Part shown: positions 7,552-14,977 of the stretch, in pieces
Position numbering within the stretch: the first letter of the stretch is position 1
Layout of the letters: every line of letters starts with the position of its first letter
Notes under the pieces: generated by a model
Told to the model about the DNA's origin: nothing
Database searches by the model: none
What the model saw: only the letters and a program-made list of their open reading frames with translations
DNA from: Oscillospiraceae bacterium
GTDB lineage: Bacteria; Bacteroidota; Bacteroidia; Bacteroidales; WCHB1-69
NCBI GenBank assembly: GCA_963620035.1
Contig: CAVEXN010000003.1
Span: 36,374-100,373, forward strand
Direction: 5' to 3'
Length of the DNA stretch: 64,000 bases
Translations under genes and position numbers: made by a program

Positions 7552-8711
7552 TGGAACTTTGTCTTGAATATGGCTGTACCTCGCTGAACCATTACGGGGA
7601 GGAACTGTGCGGCGACAATGTGGCCCGCAGCGTCAACGGCAACTATACCACGTTGGTGCTGGCCGACGGGCTCGGCAGCGGGGTGAAAGCAAACATCCTC
7701 TCTACCCTCACTTCCAAGATTCTGTGTACCATGGCCTCCAACGACATCGATATGTACGAATGCGTGGAGACGATTATACAAACCCTTCCCGTGTGCAAGG
7801 AGCGCGGCGTGGCCTACTCCACCTTTTCCGTCATCCATGTCAACACGGAAGGAAAAGGATTCCTGTTCGAGTTCGACAACCCACAGGCCATCTATTACCA
7901 CAACGGCAAGTGCTGCGACTTTGAACGCACCGAACTCTCCATCTGCGACAAACAAGTGTTCCGCTCCGAACTGGAACTCGAAGAAAACGATATTGTAATC
8001 GTGATGTCTGACGGCACCATCCATGCCGGCGTCGGCATGATTCTCAACTTCGGTTGGGAACGCCCGCAGATTATGGAACATCTCGACACGAATGTCACTT
8101 CCGACATGTCGGCACGGGCAGTGGCCTGCCTTCTTGCATCGGCCTGCAACGACCTTTACCTCGACAAGCCCGGCGATGACACGACGGTAGCCGCCGTGAA
8201 AATCCGAAAAAGACAAGATGTCCATATCATGGTAGGCCCTCCCGTGGACAAAAACAAAGACGACTTCTATGTGGGCCGTTTTATGGAGGGAGACTCCCTG
8301 AAAATCGTATGCGGCGGCACCAGCTCGCAAATCGTGGCCCGCTATCTGAAAACGGATCTCAAAACCAGCTTCGATTTTCCAGACAAGGACGTGCCGCCCA
8401 TCGGATATATCAAGGGGGTTGACTTGACCACCGAAGGCGTACTTACCCTCCGCCGGCTGCTCGAACTCTCGGAAAAATACCTGTCTATACAAGACCTCAC
8501 ACCCAAAGTGTTCACAAAAAAAGACGGAGCCTCCTTGCTGGCCGAATTCCTCTTTGAGAAAGGCACCCACATCACGTTCTTTGTCGGACAGAGTGTAAAT
8601 GCCGCACACCAAGGTCTTCCTATCGATACCACGATGAAACTGAAACTTGTAGAGAAACTGGCCCACAACCTCCAAATTATGGGCAAAGTGGTGGAACTTA
8701 ATTATGATTGA
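7551..8711 (+). CDS. PP2C/SpoIIE-family serine phosphatase with an uncharacterised ~170-aa C-terminal domain
   Basis: 386 aa with 'ELCGDNV', 'VLADGLGSGVKA', 'VIVMSDGTIHAG', 'DDTTVAAVKI'. The start overlaps the hydS stop (TAATG). Confidence 0.8.
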   Translation: MELCLEYGCTSLNHYGEELCGDNVARSVNGNYTTLVLADGLGSGVKANILSTLTSKILCTMASNDIDMYECVETIIQTLPVCKERGVAYSTFSVIHVNTEGKGFLFEFDNPQAIYYHNGKCCDFERTELSICDKQVFRSELELEENDIVIVMSDGTIHAGVGMILNFGWERPQIMEHLDTNVTSDMSARAVACLLASACNDLYLDKPGDDTTVAAVKIRKRQDVHIMVGPPVDKNKDDFYVGRFMEGDSLKIVCGGTSSQIVARYLKTDLKTSFDFPDKDVPPIGYIKGVDLTTEGVLTLRRLLELSEKYLSIQDLTPKVFTKKDGASLLAEFLFEKGTHITFFVGQSVNAAHQGLPIDTTMKLKLVEKLAHNLQIMGKVVELNYD

Positions 8712-10192
8712 TTCGATTTTTAATCTTTATAATAATGGACAACACAACAAGAATTTTTGACACTAACGTTCAACTCGTCAAATACAGAGTTCTCAAAGAG
8801 GTCATCAGAAGAGCATACGAGGGAGGGCTTGAGAACGCCTATATGGAGATACCGAAACTGATCAGTCCGGGACCGAAACCCGAAACCCGATGTTGTATCT
8901 ATAAAGAACGCGCCATCATCCAAGACCGCATTCAAGTGGCTATGGGCGGCGACAAGGAGAACCCCAATGTCATAGAGGTCATTGACAGCGCCTGCGACGA
9001 ATGTCCCATCGACGGCATCTATGTAACCCCGGCCTGCCGCGGATGCCTGGTACACAACTGCAAAGAGGTTTGTCCGAAAGATGCCATCACTATCGTCAAC
9101 CATAAGGCTGTGGTGGACAATGAGAAGTGCATAGAATGCGGCAAATGTACCAAAGCCTGCCCCTATACCGCCATCATCCTCCAACACCGCCCCTGTATGG
9201 TCAGCTGCAAGGTGAAAGCCATCTCTATGGACGAGAACCGCAAGGCGAAAATAGACAACAGCAAGTGCATATCATGCGGTGCCTGTGTTTACAAATGCCC
9301 GTTCGGCGCCATTTCAGACAAGTCGCTCGTTCTCGACATCGTGGACATCCTGAAAAAGTCAGAGAACAACACCAAATACAGAGTCTATGCCGTCATTGCC
9401 CCGGCTATCGTTAGCCAATGCCGTTTCGGCAGAGTGACACAAGTTGTTACCGCCATCCGGAAATTAGGTTTCCATCAAGTGGTAGAGGCCGCCCTCGGCG
9501 CAGACATCACCCTCTACCATGAGGTCAAGGAGTGGAGCGAAAAGAAAATGCTGACCACCTCGTGTTGCCCTTCGTTTGTGGCTTTCATTGAAAAGAACTT
9601 TCCTACCCTGAAACAATACGTTTCCTCTTCGGTTTCGCCTATGGTTCAGACCGCCCGGCTCATCAAACACTCTGACCCTACCGCAAAGGTCGTGTTCATC
9701 GGGCCCTGCAGTTCCAAGAAAATGGAATACCGGCTTCCGAAGACCGACGGTATGGTTGACAGTGTGATGTCTTTTGAAGAGTTGCAGGCCTTTATGGATG
9801 CCCGCGGCATCGACACGGCCGCACAAGAAGACACCGAACTGAACAACGCCTCTTTTTATGGCCGCATCTTCGCAAAGTCCGGCGGCATTACGCAAGGTGT
9901 AACGGACGTGGCCAAAGACATGGGCATCGACGGCCTGAAACCTGTTGTCATGAACGGCATTGAAGAGTGCAAACTCAACCTGCTCAAACTCAAGGTGGGC
10001 AAAGCTGCCGAAAACTTCTTCGAGGGTATGGCCTGCGACGGCGGCTGCCTCAACGGACCGCTTTGCATTACCCATAGTCCCAGAAATGTGGTGGATGTGG
10101 AAAAATACGGCAACGAAGCCAAGGAACGCACCATCTACAACTCCGTAAGGCTGTATGACCTGAACAAGGAGAATGACAAAAAACAAGAATAA
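8708..10192 (+). CDS. hydA: Catalytic [FeFe]-hydrogenase (ferredoxin-domain plus H-cluster domain)
   Basis: Canonical H-cluster motifs 'TSCCPSFV', 'GPCSSKKME', 'MACDGGCLNGP'. Two 4Fe-4S motifs (CIECGKCTKACP, CISCGACVYKCP). The start is either 8708 (ATGA overlap) or, perhaps more likely, the ATG at 8735 (MDNTTRIF...). Confidence 0.85.
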   Translation: MIRFLIFIIMDNTTRIFDTNVQLVKYRVLKEVIRRAYEGGLENAYMEIPKLISPGPKPETRCCIYKERAIIQDRIQVAMGGDKENPNVIEVIDSACDECPIDGIYVTPACRGCLVHNCKEVCPKDAITIVNHKAVVDNEKCIECGKCTKACPYTAIILQHRPCMVSCKVKAISMDENRKAKIDNSKCISCGACVYKCPFGAISDKSLVLDIVDILKKSENNTKYRVYAVIAPAIVSQCRFGRVTQVVTAIRKLGFHQVVEAALGADITLYHEVKEWSEKKMLTTSCCPSFVAFIEKNFPTLKQYVSSSVSPMVQTARLIKHSDPTAKVVFIGPCSSKKMEYRLPKTDGMVDSVMSFEELQAFMDARGIDTAAQEDTELNNASFYGRIFAKSGGITQGVTDVAKDMGIDGLKPVVMNGIEECKLNLLKLKVGKAAENFFEGMACDGGCLNGPLCITHSPRNVVDVEKYGNEAKERTIYNSVRLYDLNKENDKKQE

Positions 10193-10194
10193 CA

Positions 10195-10776
10195 ATGCAA
10201 GACAACAACTATCAACAACATATAATTATTTTCGGAGCACCCGGCGCCGGAAAGGGAACCCATGCCGACCTGATGGCCAAACGATATGACATGGTACATC
10301 TTTCTACGGGAGACCTGCTGCGCAAGGAGGTTGCAGAACAAACCCCACTCGGACAGTTTGTACAAAAAGAACTGGACCAAGGGAATCTTGTTGCTGATGA
10401 AATCGTGATTGAAATGGTAGAAAAGGCCATCACCGGCACAGACCGCAACTGTATTCTCGACGGTTTTCCGAGAACGGTGGCACAAGCCAAAGCCCTCGAT
10501 GAAATGATGAGACGCACAGGACAGCATATCCGCTGCGTGCTCTCTATCGAGGTGCCGCGCGAGGAACTCATTCTCCGTCTCGAACAACGTTCGCTGATTT
10601 CGCACCGCTCTGATGACAACGAGGCGACAATCCTGCACCGCCTCATCGAATACGAAACAAAAAGCAAAAACGTCATCGATTACTACAAGGCCGACGGACG
10701 ACTGGTGCCTGTTGACGCTTCAGACTCTATAGAAAACACTCAGAAAAATATCCGCAATGCCTTGTCTCTGTTGTAA
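10195..10776 (+). CDS. adk: Adenylate kinase (short-lid type)
   Basis: 193 aa with 'GAPGAGKGT', 'LSTGDLLR', 'GFPRTVAQA', 'RSDDNEATILHRL'. Starts 2 nt after the hydA stop. Confidence 0.92.
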   Translation: MQDNNYQQHIIIFGAPGAGKGTHADLMAKRYDMVHLSTGDLLRKEVAEQTPLGQFVQKELDQGNLVADEIVIEMVEKAITGTDRNCILDGFPRTVAQAKALDEMMRRTGQHIRCVLSIEVPREELILRLEQRSLISHRSDDNEATILHRLIEYETKSKNVIDYYKADGRLVPVDASDSIENTQKNIRNALSLL

Positions 10777-10817
10777 AGAATAAAACAACGTTTATAAATC
10801 GACAAAAAGCAAATGCT

Positions 10818-13088
10818 ATGTTTACTGTTGTAAAGAAAATTGAGTTCAAAGGTGATACCTATCAGATGGATATCACGGCATCCCGTCTGGCCCAATCCGC
10901 CCTGCCGGGGCAGTTCCTGATTGTCAAGTCGACCCCTAATGCCGAACGCATTCCGCTGACCATTGCCGATTATGACAGAACGAAAGGTACCGTTACGATT
11001 GTCTTCAAAGCCGTCGGAGAGTCAACACGCAAAATAGCCCGGTTCAACACCGGCGATTCTTTCTGCGACGTTGCCGGTCCTCTTGGCAACCCTTCTGAAC
11101 TGGTGAAGATGTCAGACGAAGAGTTGCGCCAGCACCGCATGGTCTTCATTGGCGGCGGCGTGGGCATCGCCCCCATCTATCCGCAAGTGAAATGGCTGCA
11201 CGGCCACGGCGTCACTGCCGACTGCATCATAGGATCCCGCACCAAAGAACTGCTCATTTTCGAAAAAGAACTCCGAAGCGTCAGCAACCTGTATGTCACC
11301 AGCGATGACGGCTCCGTGGGGCGCAAGGGCGTGGTTACAGACGTGCTGCGCGATCTCGTGGCCCAAGGTCACCACTATGATACCATGGTGGCTATCGGTC
11401 CTATGATTATGATGAAATTTGCAACCCTCACCGCCACAGAACTTGGCATCAGGAGCATCGTCTCCCTCAACTCCATAATGGTAGATGGCACCGGCATGTG
11501 CGGCGCATGCCGCGTGTCTGTAGCCGGAAAAACCAAGTTCACCTGCGTAGACGGCCCCGAATTCATCGGTACAGACATTGACTTTGACGAGGCCATGAAA
11601 CGGCAGGCCATGTACCAACATGTTGAGACCCGCAAACAACTCGAACAAGCCGAAATAGAAGAGGGGCACCAATGCTTTATCGGAGGAATCAGCGAGGAGA
11701 CATTCGACAAGCACCACAGAGTACCGGTACTCGAACAGAAACCTGAAGTCAGAGCCAAGAATTTTGAGGAGGTGTGCTTGGGCTACAATGCCGAAGAAGC
11801 CATGAGAGAGGCCCAACGCTGCCTTAACTGCAAAGACCCGCAATGCGTGAAAAGCTGCCCCGTGAATGTCCGAATCCCGGCTTTTATTCGTGAAATCAAA
11901 CAAGGGAACTTTGAAGAAGCCGCCCGCATCATAAGTCTGGATTCTGCCCTTCCGGCAGTTTGCGGCCGTGTTTGTCCGCAAGAGTCCCAGTGCGAAGGCA
12001 GTTGCGTGATGGGAAAGAAGTTCGATTCCGTCGCTATCGGCAAACTGGAACGCTTTGTAGGCGACTGGGGTATCGCACATGACATCACCTTTGAACACAA
12101 GGTGGCCAAAAACGGGCACAAGGTGGCCATCATCGGGAGCGGTCCTTCAGGACTTACCTGCGCCAAGGATTTGCTGGCAAAAGGCTACGATGTAACGATA
12201 TTTGAAGCTCTCCATGAGTTCGGCGGCGTGCTGGTATATGGCATCCCCTCTTTTAGGCTTCCCAAGGATACGGTAGTAAAGAAAGAGGTAGAGAGTGTGC
12301 AGCGTTTGGGTGCGCGTTTTGAGAAAGATGTAGTAGTCGGCCGCACGATGTCTATCGATGACCTGCTCAACAAAGAGGGTTTTGATGCTGTCTTCATTGG
12401 CACCGGAGCCGGTTTCCCGCGTTTCATGAACATTCCGGGAGAAAACAGCTGCGGCGTAGTCTCTGCCAACGAGTTTTTGACCCGCAACAACCTGCTGTTT
12501 TCTTACAAGAAAGGCTACGACACGCCTAACTATATTGGCAAGCGGGTTGCAGTAGTTGGCGGCGGCAATGTGGCCATGGATGCAGCCCGTACCGCATTGC
12601 GTTTGGGTGCGGACGTGCATATTGTCTATCGCCGTTCCGAAAAAGAGTTGCCTGCCAGAGCCGAGGAGGTTCACCACGCCAAAGAGGAAGGCATCGTCTT
12701 CAATCTTTTGTGCAACCCCGTCCGGGTACTTGCAGATGAAAACGGATGGGTCAAAGGCCTTGAATGTGTCAGAATGGAACTCGGCGAACCCGACGCCTCG
12801 GGCAGAAGAAGTCCTGTAGCCGTAGAAGGTTCTGATTTTGTGATAGATGCCGATATGGTCATTATGGCACTGGGTACATCGCCCAATCCGCTGATACGAA
12901 GCACTACTCCACACCTTGACACCGACCGCAAAGGCTGCATCACGACCGACGAGAACGGGCAAACCTCTCGCAAGGGAGTATTTGCCGGCGGCGATGCCGT
13001 GAGCGGTGCAGCTACCGTCATCTTGGCAATGGGGGCGGGCAAAAAGGCCGCTCAAGCCATCGACGAGATGCTGTCAAAAGCGGAATGA
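10818..13088 (+). CDS. Fused NfnA-like (FAD/NAD, [2Fe-2S]) and NfnB/GltD-like (2x[4Fe-4S], FAD, NADPH) oxidoreductase
   Basis: 756 aa. The N-terminal part is PyrK/NfnA-like ('GGGVGIAPI', 'GTGMCGACRV'). The C-terminal part is GltD-like ('CLNCKDPQCVKSCP', 'VAIIGSGPSGLTCA', 'VAVVGGGNVAMDAA'). Confidence 0.8.
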   Translation: MFTVVKKIEFKGDTYQMDITASRLAQSALPGQFLIVKSTPNAERIPLTIADYDRTKGTVTIVFKAVGESTRKIARFNTGDSFCDVAGPLGNPSELVKMSDEELRQHRMVFIGGGVGIAPIYPQVKWLHGHGVTADCIIGSRTKELLIFEKELRSVSNLYVTSDDGSVGRKGVVTDVLRDLVAQGHHYDTMVAIGPMIMMKFATLTATELGIRSIVSLNSIMVDGTGMCGACRVSVAGKTKFTCVDGPEFIGTDIDFDEAMKRQAMYQHVETRKQLEQAEIEEGHQCFIGGISEETFDKHHRVPVLEQKPEVRAKNFEEVCLGYNAEEAMREAQRCLNCKDPQCVKSCPVNVRIPAFIREIKQGNFEEAARIISLDSALPAVCGRVCPQESQCEGSCVMGKKFDSVAIGKLERFVGDWGIAHDITFEHKVAKNGHKVAIIGSGPSGLTCAKDLLAKGYDVTIFEALHEFGGVLVYGIPSFRLPKDTVVKKEVESVQRLGARFEKDVVVGRTMSIDDLLNKEGFDAVFIGTGAGFPRFMNIPGENSCGVVSANEFLTRNNLLFSYKKGYDTPNYIGKRVAVVGGGNVAMDAARTALRLGADVHIVYRRSEKELPARAEEVHHAKEEGIVFNLLCNPVRVLADENGWVKGLECVRMELGEPDASGRRSPVAVEGSDFVIDADMVIMALGTSPNPLIRSTTPHLDTDRKGCITTDENGQTSRKGVFAGGDAVSGAATVILAMGAGKKAAQAIDEMLSKAE

Positions 13089-13136
13089 TGCACACACTAT
13101 GTTGTTATATTTTTCCCAAGACACCTTCCAATATCC

Positions 13137-13175
13137 AAAAGTGCAGACTTCACTATCATGAAGTCTGCACTTTTT
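13137..13175. terminator. Bidirectional intrinsic terminator between convergent genes
   Basis: AAAA GTGCAGACTTCA ctatca TGAAGTCTGCAC TTTTT. The stem is a perfect 12 bp, flanked by an A-run and a T-run. Confidence 0.8.
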
Positions 13176-13203
13176 CCGTAAGCCCCGGCAATCCGAAGCC
13201 TTA

Positions 13204-14946
13204 TTACTTTGCTTCTATATTGCTGCCGCAGTCATTGACAATCATTTTGTACCACTCGTCGCGGTAACGCGGCTGGTCCGGAAATTCACACTGCGGAACC
13301 GTCGTGCCCGTAACCTTGAATTTGCCGTTCTCTTCTTTCTTGACGTTACCGTCGTTGTATTTGACTAAAAGGTAAATGAAGAGGTCATTCCACTCTTTGC
13401 AGACATTGCGCGAAGCCTGGGCCGAGTATGCGTTGAGTTCTTGGCGGGCTTTCTCCGGTTGGCTGTTGCAGAGTGTCTTCATCCGGTCTGTCATATCATC
13501 GATGTCTTTCAGGAATTTGGTTTCCCAGTAAGTCTGTTTTTCGTTCACATGCTTAATCATGTCACAATAACGGGAATAGACAAAGTTGCTGACTTTAGTA
13601 AAAGTCCAGAAGGCAGCGGTGTTAGAGTATTCCGTCATAGAGCCGTTTCCCTCGGCAAATTCCATCGGGATACGGTCAATGCCGCAAAACATCGGGACAT
13701 AGCATGACGATGCAGCATCGTCAACACCGAACCAGAAAATACCGCCAAACCAGTCGGGCAGCCAACTGCGGCATTGAGCCACAAAGGAGAACCCTGTCTG
13801 TTGCGTAGCGGTAGCCCTTTCGTGCAGGTATTCTTTGCCGTTCAGTTCCCAGTTCATAGGACGCCAGCGGTAGGGGCATTTGAAAGGTCCTGCGCCCAGG
13901 TCGTTGGTCATGTCCATCGTTGTCCCTTCGTAATGGTCGCGCATAGCGGCCATCATAAAGCGGGCATCGATCTTGCTCTTGTCGGCGGGCTTCACCCACA
14001 ACGGGAAGCGGTGTGAGAGGTTGTCGCCACGGGCATAATCTTCATACTGTGCCATTTCAGAAGGGTTACAACGATTGAAGAAAGCCCAGACACGAGCTTC
14101 GCAGCCGCGGGCACCGCCAAAAGTAATGGGATTGTAGGCATCGCAGAAACTGAATTTGGCATCGGGTGCATCTTTCGGATAAAGTCCTTTCAGTTTGGCA
14201 AACGATACGACATCGTAGGCATAGACGGTTTCTACCGTGGGCAAGAAAATCTTGTTCAGTTCCTTGCTGGTGATGGAAGTCTTGCCGTCCCGCAGCGGGA
14301 ATGTCGTAATACGCGACTGGTTGGCGTGTCCGCTGACATAGCCGTCAGGGATGCGGCGGGCCACCCACACGGCGCCGTTGCTCCAGCCTTTCACGATTTT
14401 GCCTTTTGCATCAACCATCTTCTCGCCTTTGCCGATGAGGTCCATAACCCAAGCCTCGTTAGGGTCAATGATGGAAAATGACTCGCCCTCGCTGGCATAG
14501 CCGTATGTGTCAAGCAATTCTGCCATCACCTTGATGGCTTCACGGGCGTTCTTGGCACGCTGCAGCGTAATGTAAATCAGGGAACCGTAGTCGATGAGAC
14601 CCTGTCCGTGCATCAATTCCTCAATGCCGCCGTAGGTAGTCTCGCCAATGGCTAACTGCCATTCGTTCATATTGCCCACAACAGAGTAAGTGTGAGACAC
14701 TTGGGGAATTTGCCCAAGCAATTTTCCCGTATCCCATTCCACAATGTCCATCATGGCACCGGCAGGATAATCCTTGGCAGGGCGGTAATAGAGTTCGCCG
14801 TACAGGGTATGCGAGTCGGCGGCGTAGGTCAAGAAGCATGAGCCGTCTTTGCTGGCTCCTTTCGTGACGATGAAATTAGTGCATGCCAATGCAGCCTCTG
14901 CGGCCACAAGGCAGCACAATACAGATAGTAAAAATGCTTTTTTCAT
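13204..14946 (-). CDS. C69-family dipeptidase (secreted)
   Basis: Signal peptide MKKAFLLSVLCCLVAAEAALA followed by the nucleophile context 'CTNFIV'. I trimmed the ORF-track start (15012) to the ATG at 14946, because the upstream extension overlaps the preceding gene. Confidence 0.85.
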   Translation of the reverse strand: MKKAFLLSVLCCLVAAEAALACTNFIVTKGASKDGSCFLTYAADSHTLYGELYYRPAKDYPAGAMMDIVEWDTGKLLGQIPQVSHTYSVVGNMNEWQLAIGETTYGGIEELMHGQGLIDYGSLIYITLQRAKNAREAIKVMAELLDTYGYASEGESFSIIDPNEAWVMDLIGKGEKMVDAKGKIVKGWSNGAVWVARRIPDGYVSGHANQSRITTFPLRDGKTSITSKELNKIFLPTVETVYAYDVVSFAKLKGLYPKDAPDAKFSFCDAYNPITFGGARGCEARVWAFFNRCNPSEMAQYEDYARGDNLSHRFPLWVKPADKSKIDARFMMAAMRDHYEGTTMDMTNDLGAGPFKCPYRWRPMNWELNGKEYLHERATATQQTGFSFVAQCRSWLPDWFGGIFWFGVDDAASSCYVPMFCGIDRIPMEFAEGNGSMTEYSNTAAFWTFTKVSNFVYSRYCDMIKHVNEKQTYWETKFLKDIDDMTDRMKTLCNSQPEKARQELNAYSAQASRNVCKEWNDLFIYLLVKYNDGNVKKEENGKFKVTGTTVPQCEFPDQPRYRDEWYKMIVNDCGSNIEAK

Positions 14947-14977
14947 ATAATTGTTTAATTGTTTATTTTTGATGCGT

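Noticed and set aside
6115-8675. Long minus-strand ORFs 6115-7326 (403 aa) and 7371-8675 (434 aa) antisense to hydS and the PP2C gene
   Set aside because: Their V/G/A/D/F/H-rich composition is typical of antisense frames of GC-balanced genes. They have no motifs and no independent start context. The plus-strand genes carry unambiguous family motifs.
10195-10776. Adenylate kinase as the missing protein kinase partner of the HydS/PP2C pair
   Set aside because: The protein has every canonical Adk motif (P-loop, NMP-binding 'LSTGDLLR', short lid 'RSDDNE') and the normal length. Nothing suggests protein-kinase activity.
9464-13055. Minus-strand ORFs 9464-10195 (243 aa), 11112-12119 (335 aa) and 12147-13055 (302 aa)
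   Set aside because: These are antisense shadows of hydA and the fused nfnAB gene, for the same reasons as above.
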